Below are positions 18,354 through 28,800 of a DNA stretch of 64,000 nucleotides, in pieces. The DNA comes from Pseudomonadota bacterium. Lineage in GTDB: Bacteria; Pseudomonadota; Alphaproteobacteria; Rhodobacterales; Rhodobacteraceae. The stretch lies in NCBI GenBank assembly GCA_039816045.1, contig JBCBYB010000009.1:55791-119790 (forward strand), given 5' to 3'. Position 1 is the stretch's first letter, and every line of letters begins with the position of its first letter. The notes below the pieces were generated by a model. That model had not been told where the DNA came from and did no database searches. It worked only from the letters and a program-made list of their open reading frames with translations. The position numbers were made by a program, and so were the translations under genes.

Positions 18354-20312
18354 ATGACCGACCAATCCACCGAGACCGCGCCGAAGGGTGCCGCCGTCGA
18401 GATCCCGCTCGACCGGCTGACGCTCTCCCCGCTCAACCCCCGCCGCGGCGACGGTCATACCGATATCGACGCCTTGGAAGCGAGCCTGCGCACCTGCGGC
18501 CTCCTGCAAAACCTCGCGGGGATCCGCGACGCTGACGGCTCGGTCGCCATCGTCGCGGGTGGCTGCCGGCTGCGCGCCCTCAAACGCATCGCCGAGGAGG
18601 ACGCGCTGGACCCCGCCACCGTGCGGGTCCCCGTCGTTCTCGCCGCGGACGAGACCGAGGCGCTCCGCTGGGCGGGCGCAGAGAACCTCGTCCGCCGCTC
18701 GTTCCACGCCGCCGAGGAAATCCGCGCCTTCGCGCAGATGGCAGAGGCCGGCGCTGCGCCGGAGACCATCGCCAGCGCCTTCGGCGCGACGGTCCGGCAT
18801 GTGAAGGGCCGCCTCCGGCTCGCGGGGCTGCCGGAGCCGATCCTCGCGGCGCTGGCCGAGGACAGGATCACCCTCGACATCGCGGCTGCCTACACGGTCA
18901 CGGAGGACCCGGCGCGGGCTCTGGCGGTCTTCGAGGAGATCGACGGCACCTATCTCAGCGGCTACCCGCGCGAGATCCGGGCGCGCCAGACCAGCGAAGC
19001 CTGCCGTGGCGACGACCGGCTCGCGGCCTTCGTCAGGCGTGAGGCCTACGAGGCGGCGGGCGGCGCCGTGCGCGAGGATCTCTTCGGCGAGGAGGTCTAC
19101 TTCGAGGACGGGGCGCTGGTTGCCCGTCTCGCCGAGGAGAAGCTCGCCGAAGCGGCGAAGGCGATGGAGGCCGAGGGCTGGGCCTGGGTCAGCCACGGGC
19201 TCGCGCACTTCGACTACGAGGCGATTGCCGGACGGGTCTATCCCGACGCGCCGGAGATCCCGGACGAGGATGCCGCGCGCTACGATGCGCTGTCGGAGGC
19301 GATCGAGAGCGGAGCGGCGACCGCCGAGGAGGAGGCCGAGTTCGAAGCCCTGCAGGCGGCCTGCGACGTGGAGATCTACACGGGCGCTCAGAAGGCAGTG
19401 TCGGGCGTTCACCTGACCATCGGCCATCGCGGCGCGCTCGACGTGTCTCGCGGCATCGTGCGCGAGGAGGAGCTCGACGCCGCCATCGAGGCGGGCCTTG
19501 TGCAACGGGTCGAGAAGCGCCGGCAGCCAGCCTCCGAAAGGGCAGGGGAGAAGCCGCTCTACTCGGGCGCGCTGGCGGCAGACCTCGGTATCGTGCGCAC
19601 GGCTGCGCTGCAGGCGGCGCTCCTAGCCAAGCCGGCCCTGGCGCTCGATTTCCTCACCTTCGTGCTCACCGAGCGCCTTGGCGTGGGGACCAACCCCGTC
19701 GGTCTCTCGACCGATCCGCCGAAGAACGCGCTCGAGGAGGATCCCGGGCTCGTCCTGCCCGAGGCCCTTGCTGGCGACGAGGCGCTCCATGCGCCGCTTC
19801 GCGGGGTGGAAGCCGCCGCCGCCTTCGCGGCCTTCCGCGAGCGGCCGAAGCGACAGAAGAACGCGATGCTGACCGCGGCGATCGCCCGTCTCGTCGGCAC
19901 GAAGCTCGCGCTCGGAGAGACGAACCCGATGGCGGAACGTCTCGCCGCCGAGGCCGGGCTCGAGGTGCGCGCGGTCTGGACACCCACGGAGGCGTTCTTC
20001 TCGCGCCTGCCGAAGGCCCGCCTCCTCGAGATCTACGACGCGGTCATGCAGAAGCCCTCCGGCCGGGCCCAACTGGAGAAGCAGAAGAAGGGCGACGTGG
20101 CCCGCTGGCTGCACCTGATCTTCACGGAAGATGCAAAGGGGCCGACCCTGACGGGGGAGCAGCGCGAGCGCATGCGCGCCTGGCTGCCCGATGGCATGGC
20201 GCCCATGCCTGCAGAGCCCGGCGAGGCCGAGATCACTTCCACAGGCGACACGGCCGAAGAGGACACCGGTGGCGAGCACGACGCCGAACCCGTCGTGGCC
20301 GCCGCCGAGTGA
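18354..20312 (+). CDS. Large ParB/Spo0J-like protein of plasmid leading regions
   Basis: LSPLNPRR, GLLQNL, VAGGCRLRAL, ENLVRRSFHAAEEIRAF and DLFGEEVYFED motifs. Confidence 0.88.
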   Translation: MTDQSTETAPKGAAVEIPLDRLTLSPLNPRRGDGHTDIDALEASLRTCGLLQNLAGIRDADGSVAIVAGGCRLRALKRIAEEDALDPATVRVPVVLAADETEALRWAGAENLVRRSFHAAEEIRAFAQMAEAGAAPETIASAFGATVRHVKGRLRLAGLPEPILAALAEDRITLDIAAAYTVTEDPARALAVFEEIDGTYLSGYPREIRARQTSEACRGDDRLAAFVRREAYEAAGGAVREDLFGEEVYFEDGALVARLAEEKLAEAAKAMEAEGWAWVSHGLAHFDYEAIAGRVYPDAPEIPDEDAARYDALSEAIESGAATAEEEAEFEALQAACDVEIYTGAQKAVSGVHLTIGHRGALDVSRGIVREEELDAAIEAGLVQRVEKRRQPASERAGEKPLYSGALAADLGIVRTAALQAALLAKPALALDFLTFVLTERLGVGTNPVGLSTDPPKNALEEDPGLVLPEALAGDEALHAPLRGVEAAAAFAAFRERPKRQKNAMLTAAIARLVGTKLALGETNPMAERLAAEAGLEVRAVWTPTEAFFSRLPKARLLEIYDAVMQKPSGRAQLEKQKKGDVARWLHLIFTEDAKGPTLTGEQRERMRAWLPDGMAPMPAEPGEAEITSTGDTAEEDTGGEHDAEPVVAAAE

Positions 20313-20368
20313 GTCCCAAGCGGGCGCTGCGGAAGCGGCGCCCGCTCCATCTGCATGGGGAGATTATC

Positions 20369-20584
20369 ATGACTGCCACAGCCAAGCGAGGGGCACCGAG
20401 ACGCTACCGCATCGCCCCGGCTGCCCGCGCCGAGATCGTTGCGCTCTACGGCGCGCGCTTCGCGCCGAGCGTCCTTGTCGAGGATCGGTTTCATCCCGCA
20501 GGCTGCTTCTACCGTTCGGTCGACGGCGAAACGGGGCAGGGCCGCACACTCTTCGACGACGTCGGCGTTCGGCATCGGCGATGA
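20369..20584 (+). CDS. Small hypothetical protein
   Basis: GGGGAG RBS and ATG, 71 aa, co-oriented between leading-region genes. Confidence 0.4.
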   Translation: MTATAKRGAPRRYRIAPAARAEIVALYGARFAPSVLVEDRFHPAGCFYRSVDGETGQGRTLFDDVGVRHRR

Positions 20585-20654
20585 TCCCGAGAGGAAAGCT
20601 TTGGGCAGGGCAGAGGCGACCGATTCCGGTCGCTTCAGAGAAAGGACCAGCCCG

Positions 20655-21680
20655 ATGTCCCGCCCGACCCGCACCGCCGCACCCTCGGCGAAACCCCGCC
20701 GCGATATCGCCCAGGAGATCACCGACCAGATTGTCGCCAAGCTCGAGGAGGGTGGCGATCTGCCGTGGCGCCAGCCCTGGAAGACCACGAAGGTCGGCTT
20801 GCCGCTCCGTCACGAGGGCACCGCCTATCGCGGCATCAATGTCTTCCTCCTCGCCCTCAGCGCGATGGCGCATGGTTACGGCTCAGCCCATTGGATGACC
20901 TACCGACAGGCTGCGGAGCTCGGCGGGCAGGTGCGCAAGGGCGAGCGCGCGACGACGGTCGTCTATTACGGCACCGCGCGCGACAGGCGCGCCGAGGATC
21001 CGGGAGAGCACGTCTCCGATGCCGACGGCGACGAGCGCCACTACCGCTTCCTTAAGTCCTTCGCCGTCTTCAACGCATGCCAGATCGACGGGCTCCCCGA
21101 TCGGTATCGACCGGACCCCGCTGCGCTCGACGGCGGCGCGCGCCGGCCCGCGGCCGGCGACCCGCTCTTTGCGCTCGCCGAGGCGATGACAGCGGGGCTC
21201 GGCGTCGGCTATGCCGAGGGTGGCGAGCGGGCCTGCTACAGTCCGGGTGAGGACAGGATCTCAATGCCGGCGATCGAGCGCTTCGAGAGCGTCGAGACCT
21301 ATCTCGCCACGCGCTTTCACGAGCACGCCCACGCGACCGAGGTGCCGGCCCGTCTCGGCATTGACTACGGCCCAAAGATCTTCGGCAACGAGGCCTATGC
21401 CAAGGGCGAGCTCTACGCGGAGCTGACCTCGGCGCTCCTCGGCGCCCATTTCGGCTTCGCGCCCGGCCACGTCGACGACCACGCCGCCTATGTGCAGTCC
21501 TGGCTGAAGCTGCTGCGCGGCGACAAACGGTTCATTCTGAAGGCCGCGGCGGATGCGCAGCGCGGCGTCGACTATCTTCTCGAAGCTGTTGAGCGTGGAC
21601 GACTTTCGACGGCGCCATCTGTTGCAACAGCTCATGAGGCTTCAGCACATCGTGCTCAGGCGACGGTCCTGTCAACGTAA
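20655..21680 (+). CDS. ardC: ArdC-like antirestriction/ssDNA-binding protein with zincin domain
   Basis: PWRQPW, YRGINVFLL, WMTYRQAAELGGQVRKGE, FAVFNACQIDGLP, FHEHAHAT (HExxH) and HAAYVQSWL motifs. Confidence 0.93.
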   Translation: MSRPTRTAAPSAKPRRDIAQEITDQIVAKLEEGGDLPWRQPWKTTKVGLPLRHEGTAYRGINVFLLALSAMAHGYGSAHWMTYRQAAELGGQVRKGERATTVVYYGTARDRRAEDPGEHVSDADGDERHYRFLKSFAVFNACQIDGLPDRYRPDPAALDGGARRPAAGDPLFALAEAMTAGLGVGYAEGGERACYSPGEDRISMPAIERFESVETYLATRFHEHAHATEVPARLGIDYGPKIFGNEAYAKGELYAELTSALLGAHFGFAPGHVDDHAAYVQSWLKLLRGDKRFILKAAADAQRGVDYLLEAVERGRLSTAPSVATAHEASAHRAQATVLST

Positions 21681-21930
21681 GCGATCGCAGCGTTGCGGGC
21701 GGCCCTCAAGGGCCACATCCACGCTCGACGCGGTGCGCGGCGTACTCCTCGTGCCTCCATCGTGGAGTTGCACCGGTCAGCCTCAGCCCTCACCGGCCGT
21801 CTATGCTGCACGCGCGTTCCCGCTTTCCGCTAGTCGCTGCACTGGTTAACTGCCCAGCGTACCAAGGGCCGCAGTGCGAACTTTGCTACCGTTCGTGAAA
21901 TGTCCGCTTTGGCGAAATCCCAAACGATCT

Positions 21931-22614
21931 TTACCTCACCGGAAAGAGCTTGCTGAACTTCTCTGCTCCAATCCGTGAGAAAGTCACCACCCGCGTTTTC
22001 TGATCTCGCTTGACCCAAGCCATCTCCTCGAACCGACTCAGAAACGCCCGCCCTAAGCTGCCCGCCAGATGTGATCTACGCTCACTCCAATCGAGGCACT
22101 CCCGACAAAGCGGCGCGCGTGCCCGCCGAAGGGCTTCGACGTCGATCTCGAAATCCTTGGCGAACGCAGCGCCTGCATCGGTCAATTCCAGTTCCTCGCC
22201 ATTCAAAACCAGATGCCCACGCGCCATCAAGCTGTCGAACATCTGCGTGCCCATATCTCCGGCCAAGTGGTTGTAGCAAACACGCGCCTGGCGCAGCTCC
22301 GCATCTTTGGGACCTGTTCGCTTTCTCAGGTATCCCGAACCAGCCGCAAGGCCCATCAAACCCTCCAGGACATGCGCAACGTCATCGCTGGCGAGCGAGA
22401 AATACTTGTGCCGTCCCTGCTTTCGGGGTCGCAGCAAGCCGCCCTCATCGAGCTTCGATAGATGCGAGCTGGCGGTCTGGATCGTAACCCCTGCCTCCTC
22501 GGCGAGTTCGCTGACCGTCAGAGCTTTGCCGCTCATAAGCACGGTCAGCATGTTGGCGCGGGCGGGATCGCCGATCAAAGCAGCGATATGGGCAATGTCT
22601 GGACCTTCTCTCAT
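21931..22614 (-). CDS. ArsR/SmtB-family HTH regulator
   Basis: IGDPARANML, TASSHLSKL and ARVCYNHLAG motifs; divergent from the NIPSNAP operon. Confidence 0.92.
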   Translation of the reverse strand: MREGPDIAHIAALIGDPARANMLTVLMSGKALTVSELAEEAGVTIQTASSHLSKLDEGGLLRPRKQGRHKYFSLASDDVAHVLEGLMGLAAGSGYLRKRTGPKDAELRQARVCYNHLAGDMGTQMFDSLMARGHLVLNGEELELTDAGAAFAKDFEIDVEALRRARAPLCRECLDWSERRSHLAGSLGRAFLSRFEEMAWVKRDQKTRVVTFSRIGAEKFSKLFPVR

Positions 22615-22688
22615 AGTTCGACCTTAATCGAAGCATCAGCTGTTGGCAAACGTCTAGGATCGGGAAAACACACTTGAAGGAATCCATC

Positions 22689-23012
22689 ATGCTGACCTGC
22701 GTTATTCGCTACCATATCGATCCGACTAAGAAGGCCCAGTTCGAGGAGTATTCCCGCAACTGGGGCCAGGCGATCCCGCGCTGCGGTGCTGGTTTGATTG
22801 GCTACTATGCCCCGCATGAGGGGTCATCGACCCTCGCCTATGGCATCTACAACGTCGCGAGTCTGGCCGACTACGAAGCCTATCGCGCGCGCCTCGCCGC
22901 TGATCCGCTTGGCCGAGAGAACTACGAGTTCGCCCAAAAGGAAAAGTTTCTGCTCCGGGAAGACCGAACCTGGCTCAAGCTCGCTTCTTCACCGCATGGT
23001 GACAGCGCATGA
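22689..23012 (+). CDS. NIPSNAP-family protein
   Basis: IRYHIDPTKKAQFEEY...LIGYYAPHEG...SLADYEAYR. Confidence 0.88.
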   Translation: MLTCVIRYHIDPTKKAQFEEYSRNWGQAIPRCGAGLIGYYAPHEGSSTLAYGIYNVASLADYEAYRARLAADPLGRENYEFAQKEKFLLREDRTWLKLASSPHGDSA

Positions 23013-23356
23013 TCGCTGTGATCTTCGAAGTAGAACCGGCCGAGGGCCGCAAGGATGATTATCTCGACATCGCTGCCGAGATGCGCCCTATGCTTGACGA
23101 GATCGACGGCTTCATTTCCGTCGAGCGGTTCCAAAGCCTCACTGATCCAAGAAAAATCCTGTCTCTGTCGTTCTTCGAGGATGAAGACGCGATTGCGCGC
23201 TGGCGCAACCTAAGCGCTCATCGAGGTGCACAAGCGAAAGGGCGTAGAGGAGTCTTCGATGATTACCGCCTACGGATCGCCAGCGTGATCCGGGACTACG
23301 GCATGTTCGACCGAGCACAAGCCCCTGCAGACAGCCGGAAGGCGCACACGGAATGA
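23009..23356 (+). CDS. Antibiotic biosynthesis monooxygenase (ABM) family protein
   Basis: MIAVIFEV...IDGFISVERFQS...KILSLSFFEDEDAIARWRN. Confidence 0.92.
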   Translation: MIAVIFEVEPAEGRKDDYLDIAAEMRPMLDEIDGFISVERFQSLTDPRKILSLSFFEDEDAIARWRNLSAHRGAQAKGRRGVFDDYRLRIASVIRDYGMFDRAQAPADSRKAHTE

Positions 23357-24267
23357 GTTCGGCAAACTTGCGGACCGAGCTGCCCCTGCTTGCGCTTCTC
23401 GCTTTGCTCTGGGGATCATCCTACCTGTTTATCAAGGTTGCCGTGGCCGAGATTCCGCCGGTCACGCTGATCGCGGTCCGCGTTGCCGGTGCAACCCTCT
23501 TCCTGTTGCTCGTGATGGGCGCACGATCAGAAAGACTGCCGCGTGATCCGCACACTTGGTGGATGCTTTTGCTACAGGCGGTGTTCAACAGCATCGGAGC
23601 ATGGACTGTGCTCGCCTGGGGGCAACAATATGTCGAATCTGGCCTTGCCAGTGTCCTCAACTCGACCTCCCCGATCTTCGTCTTTCTCATCACAGCGCTC
23701 GTGACGCGGCACGAAACGCTCAACGGGCGTAAGCTGGCCGGTGCGGTTCTGGGCCTCATGGGTGTTGCGCTGATCGTCGGGGTGGATGTACTGCGCGGTC
23801 TCGGTGATGAGGTCGCCGGGCAAATCGCCTGTTTGATCGGCGCTGTGCTTTACGCAGGTGCGGCGATCTACGGCAAGCGGTTCGGCCACATCAGCGCCGT
23901 TGCCACGGCCACAGGCACGATGATCTGGGCATCGGTCGTTCTCGTGCCTCTTGCTATGGTGCTGGATCGACCTTGGACCCTGATTCCAAGCCCAACAGCT
24001 ATGGCCGCAACAGCGATCTTGTCGATCCTCTGCACCGGGGTTGCGCTCCTGATCTACTTCCGGCTGGTGCGCACAATCGGGTCCATGGGGGTTGCGAGCC
24101 AAAGCTATCTGCGTGCGGGCGTCGGCGTCATCTTCGGTCTCGTGTTCCTAGACGAGACATTCAATCTGCCGGTGGCGGCAGGACTCTGTGCGGCCATAGC
24201 GGGGGTCGCGTTGATTAACTGGCCCGCAAAAAGGAAAACCGGACATTCGCTGCGGTCTGACGAATGA
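23353..24267 (+). CDS. EamA/DMT-family transporter
   Basis: LWGSSYLFIK; about ten TM segments in two EamA repeats. Confidence 0.93.
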   Translation: MSSANLRTELPLLALLALLWGSSYLFIKVAVAEIPPVTLIAVRVAGATLFLLLVMGARSERLPRDPHTWWMLLLQAVFNSIGAWTVLAWGQQYVESGLASVLNSTSPIFVFLITALVTRHETLNGRKLAGAVLGLMGVALIVGVDVLRGLGDEVAGQIACLIGAVLYAGAAIYGKRFGHISAVATATGTMIWASVVLVPLAMVLDRPWTLIPSPTAMAATAILSILCTGVALLIYFRLVRTIGSMGVASQSYLRAGVGVIFGLVFLDETFNLPVAAGLCAAIAGVALINWPAKRKTGHSLRSDE

Positions 24268-24370
24268 TCAAGTTGGGCTCGATCCAGCCATTTGCTGCGC
24301 GCAGTACGAAGGTCCGGACCGGTCGCGGCGCCCTGGAAGCTAGCCAGGAGCCCTTGCTGAGTTGCACGTC

Positions 24371-24397
24371 GCCTTACATATTGCATAGACGTAAGGC
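24371..24397. promoter_or_regulatory. Inverted-repeat operator of the second vapBC
   Basis: GCCTTAC-N13-GTAAGGC upstream of the antitoxin. Confidence 0.55.
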
Positions 24398-24425
24398 TCA
24401 AGCGAAAGCGTGTGGAATCCCTAGA

Positions 24426-24677
24426 ATGACACTCGAGTCGACCGTGACGTCGAAAGGGCAGACGACCCTTCCGAAGGACGTGAGAGAGCATCTCGGCCTC
24501 AAGGCCGGCGACAAAGTGCGCTACCTCGTGATCGGCGACGAGGTCCGGCTGGTTCGTCCGAGGAAGGTGATGAGCCTCTGCGGCAGCCTTCCCCACGAAG
24601 GCGAACCGGTGAGCCTCGACGAGATGGACGAGGCGGTCCGGGACGGCGCTACCTCCCGCCAGCGACGGGATCGATGA
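24426..24677 (+). CDS. vapB: AbrB/MazE-fold antitoxin
   Basis: STVTSKGQTTLPKDVREHLGLKAGDKV. Confidence 0.92.
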   Translation: MTLESTVTSKGQTTLPKDVREHLGLKAGDKVRYLVIGDEVRLVRPRKVMSLCGSLPHEGEPVSLDEMDEAVRDGATSRQRRDR

Positions 24678-25072
24678 TCGGGCTCGATACGAACATTCTC
24701 GTCCGCTTCCTCGTCCAGGACGATCCGAGCCAGTCCGCAGCGGCGCAGTCCCTCCTCCGCCGCTGCTCGACGAAGGAGCCTGGGTTCGTCGGACGGGAGG
24801 TCCTCGTCGAACTCGTCTGGGTGCTCGAGCGCGCTTATGGCCATTCGGCATCGAGGATCTCGGCTACCCTGATCGGTTTGCTCGAGGCTGAGGAACTGGT
24901 GTTGGAGGACGCGGACGATGTCGCGACCGCCGCGGTCGCGTATGGAAGCGGTGTCGCCGATTTCGCTGACCACATGATTGCCGCCGCCGCGGTTCGGGCC
25001 GGATGCGAGACGCTCTACACCTTCGACCGGAAGGCGGCGCGACACAACGCGGTGACCTTGCTCGTGAAGTAG
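24674..25072 (+). CDS. vapC: PIN-domain toxin
   Basis: MIGLDTNILVRFLVQDD, VLVELVWVL, DFADHMI and LYTFDRKA motifs. Confidence 0.93.
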   Translation: MIGLDTNILVRFLVQDDPSQSAAAQSLLRRCSTKEPGFVGREVLVELVWVLERAYGHSASRISATLIGLLEAEELVLEDADDVATAAVAYGSGVADFADHMIAAAAVRAGCETLYTFDRKAARHNAVTLLVK

Positions 25073-25184
25073 GTGGACGACGGGGCTGCAAAGGGCTGCT
25101 CCCGCCAAGATCGGTTGACAGCCAAAACCCCCTTAGGCATCCTGAACAGGTGCCAGTTCGGTCTCCTCTTTTCGGAGGAGCACC

Positions 25185-25502
25185 ATGTCATCCATCCTGC
25201 GCAAACGCCCTGTTCCCGATCCGACGCGGAAGATCACTTTCCCCGTCACGGAGAAGCTTGCGGCCGATGTCGAGGCGCTGGTCGAGCGGGCGGAAGCTCT
25301 CGGCTTCGACGTCTCGATCGAGGAGAGGCTCGAGGCTGCCTACCGCCGTATCCATGCGAAACTGGCGAAGGAGATGAAGGCGCTCGATTTTCAGGCACGC
25401 GACGCCGGATCTGACGATATGCCCACTGTCGAGGCAGTGGAGCAGGAACCGAACGACGAAGAGGCGGAGCAGGGTGCGGCTGTTCGTGTCGTCGGAGGCT
25501 GA
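25185..25502 (+). CDS. Hypothetical protein (possible RHH-like DNA-binding)
   Basis: GGAGGAG RBS; KITFPVTEKLAADVEALV resembles a beta-alpha-alpha pattern. Confidence 0.65.
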   Translation: MSSILRKRPVPDPTRKITFPVTEKLAADVEALVERAEALGFDVSIEERLEAAYRRIHAKLAKEMKALDFQARDAGSDDMPTVEAVEQEPNDEEAEQGAAVRVVGG

Positions 25503-25624
25503 CCCGACTTCGGGGGCGGGTGCCGGACGTGGCAAATCCGCCCTCGCATAGGATCCGGCGCAATTTGCGGAAATATTTAACTCCATTTCATGGAGGTTCG
25601 GAGCCTATCGTAAAGTCTTTAAGC

Positions 25625-25846
25625 TCACCTTCCGAGAAAACCTTTGTACTCCGGGTTTGCCGGATCAGTTGGGTCACGCATCAATGCCGCACGATGGTCC
25701 TCATATTCGTCCATTCCTTGATCAGGCTGTTGATGCACATGACCACCAGATAGCTTCTTCCCACGAACCGAAGACCAAATAACTAGCGCCCGCAGCACGG
25801 CAATAGCGATCAATACGAACACGGCAGCAAAGACCTCCACAGCCAT
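25625..25846 (-). CDS. Small single-TM protein after traG; candidate entry-exclusion protein
   Basis: GGAGG RBS overlapping the traG stop; N-terminal TM (VFAAVFVLIAIAVLRALVIW) and acidic tail. Confidence 0.6.
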   Translation of the reverse strand: MAVEVFAAVFVLIAIAVLRALVIWSSVRGKKLSGGHVHQQPDQGMDEYEDHRAALMRDPTDPANPEYKGFLGR

Positions 25847-25851
25847 CGAGT

Positions 25852-28800
25852 TCACCTCCGCGCGTCATCCGAAGTTCCGTAGACGTTCTGTCGAAGCGGT
25901 TCGCCAGTCGGAGGGTCGTCTGACCCGCCATCACCAGTCCGTGGCCTGAACTCGTCGGTCTGCGGCCACTCGCGGCGCTCATCATAGCGCATTCCGACAT
26001 CGGACAGAATGCTCTCGACATTCGTCGTCCGGCCCGAGGCCGCGCGCTTCAGGTCGTAAATGACGGATGCGGCGAGGCTGTCGCGGTTTCCGAACTCCTG
26101 GCGGATCTGGTCTTCGAGAGCATACATCCGGTCGTTCTGCTGGCCGGGCTTCTCCATGAGCTCGGCGAAGTAGTCGCCGGCGGTCGTGCTGCCGCCGCCC
26201 TCGATCACGGCGCGCCAATAGGCCTGTCTGCGATCCGCCTCGCTCTCCGGCCCTGTCACGCTGCCGAGGATCGTGGCCTTCACGCGGTTGTAGCCGTCGA
26301 GGGCGTCGTCGAGGAGGCCGCGGTCGCCATGGCCATCGACGGCCCGGATCTCGGCGGCGAAGTCGCGATCGCGGATGAAGCGCTCCTCGCGACCGCCTTG
26401 CGTCTCGCCCAGCTCCGCTCGACGGGCCTCATAGACGCTGCGCGGGGTCCGCATCTCTCCCGCATTGTCGACGGGTGCCGCACCCATCGACAGATCGGCG
26501 CCGCCGACCCCGCGCTCGCGCCCACCGAAGTCCCGGGCAATGCCGATCTCCGGGATCTCGATCCGGGATGCTCTCGGATCGCCGGCAGGACCTGCCTGCA
26601 GACCGACCGAGCCGAGGATCTCGTTCAAGAGCCGGTAGTCACCGGCTTCGCGGAGGGCGGTCAGGCCACCGGCCGCGTAGGACCGCTGGATCTGACCCGG
26701 CGCGCTCGTGAAGACACCCATGTCGTGTGTGTAGCGGTCGGACCACCAGTCCGCGCGGTTGGCATAGCCGTTCTCCATCAGCTCGTATTTGAGCTTCTTG
26801 TAGGCGCCGGACTCGACGACGAGATTCGCGGCTTCGACGAGCCCCATCTCCTGGGAAAAGCCGCCGGTCTCGGAGCGCGTCAATGCCTTCTCGTAGCTCC
26901 GCTCGGCGCCGACCGCCTCGCTCGCCTCGCGCCTGAGCGCCTCGGTCTCGGTGAAGGCGCTGCTGTTGAAGCCGCTCTGGGTGAGGCCGCGCTGGATGTC
27001 CCGCGCGAAGGCCATCTGGAAGGCCGATTGCAGCCCTTCGTTCTCCTGGAACGCGCGCTGCATCTCGTTGGAGACGTTTCGATCATCAGAGCTTACGAAA
27101 CGCTCGGTCGACTCGTGTCGACCGTCGATGCCCGCATTGACCCCGGCCGATCGTGTCCCGCCACGGCTCGGACCACCAGTTCCACGCGACGCACCCATAT
27201 TTGCGCCGGCGGTCGCAAGGCGGCTCATCGCCTCGACATCGTTCTCGGAGCTTCCCCGTGCCACACGATACGCCCTTGAGAACGCCTCGTTCTGGAGAAG
27301 CCCGTAGACCTCCGAGTTCTCGGCGCGCTCGCTGTCGGTCCAGAGCGTGCCGCTCGTGGAGCGGGTCTCCGAGCCCCGGCTCGAGGAGAGCGCGCGGTCG
27401 AGGGCCTGGCTGAACTGGAGCCGCTCACTCTGCATGGCGCGCTCCGCGGCGGTGACGCTCTCGGTATTCGCGGCCGAGAAGGTGAAGCGGGGGAGCACGC
27501 TCTGGGCGCCGTTCACATGGAAGCCCGCAACGGGCGTCTCGCGCATGGGCGACTCGACCATGAGGAGCGGCTGCTTCGCGATGCTGCTTGGGGCCGGGAC
27601 CCTCTCGTCGAAGGTGTCGGGGCCGCCGGCGCGGGCGGCGATGGTGTTGAAGCTGTAAACGCTCCCGGTGATCAGGAGGAGGCTCAGGATCGGCACGGAA
27701 GAGGCGAAGAGGCCGGCCACGGCGAGCTGCTTTTGGACCTCATCATCGGCCGAGAACTGCCCGCCGAGCGAGGTGAAGGGCAGGCCCGCGCCGTCGAGGC
27801 TCGCGATATCGCTCGCGAGGCTGTGCAGGATGTAGAGGTTGATGAAGGCGAGCGTCGGCGCCCAGAATTGGATCCAGAGCCCGATCAGCACGTAGCGCGA
27901 GACGATCCGGAAGCCGCTGAAGCCCATCACGGCCGCGACGAGCACGATCGGCGCCATCGCATAGAAGAAGCCTTCGACAAACGAGATGAGCGGGCGGGTG
28001 TAGCTCTCGAAGATGTTGCCCTGCGCGATCCACTGGGCGTTGCGCTGCCGGATCGCATCGGCGAGCGCGACGGCGAAGCCTTCCTTCATGTCGAGCTGGA
28101 GCCGCCGCATCGCACCCATATCGACAAGCGGCCCGACGAAGAGCGAGAGCAGTGCCTCGTCGGTCGAGACGCCCGGCGGCAGACCGAAGATCTCGAAGAG
28201 CTCGCCGACGCGCTCGTTGACCACCGCCTCGGTCGGCGCAATGGCACGGGCAGGATCGTGGAAAAGGTCGGCGAGGACCTGCGCCTTGAGCGCCGGGATG
28301 AAGCTCGTGTGCGACCATTGCACGAGCTCGGTGTGGCCCTCGACGCAGTCCTCGTTCGACCCCGCCCCGATATGGTTGAAGGTGCCGAAGGCCGCGTTCT
28401 CGAATTTTAGGGCCTCGTGGACGAGGATGGCCGAGGAGAGGGCGGTGCGCTGGATCGCGCCCATATCGAGCCCGAAGCTCGTGCAGGTCGAGACATACAT
28501 CACCCAGGAGCGCCGGAAATCCCCGCCTGCCGCCTCGCTCGCGGCCGCATAGGTGTCCGGGAAGCTCGCGGCCCGGCGGAGGATCGACCAGGTCTCGAGC
28601 GCCGAGGCAAACCCGTCCTCGGTGATGCCGGGATAGGAGAAGGCCGTCTCGGTCATGTCCGTCAGCGCATAGCCGATGCGGCTCAGAAGGCTTCCCGTGA
28701 ATGCGATGCCGAGGGGCACGTTGGCGACCGTGCGCGTCTGGCCGGTATAGACGTTCTCCATGGTGACCGTGGTCTTGGGCACGAAGAGCACGCCCCAGAC

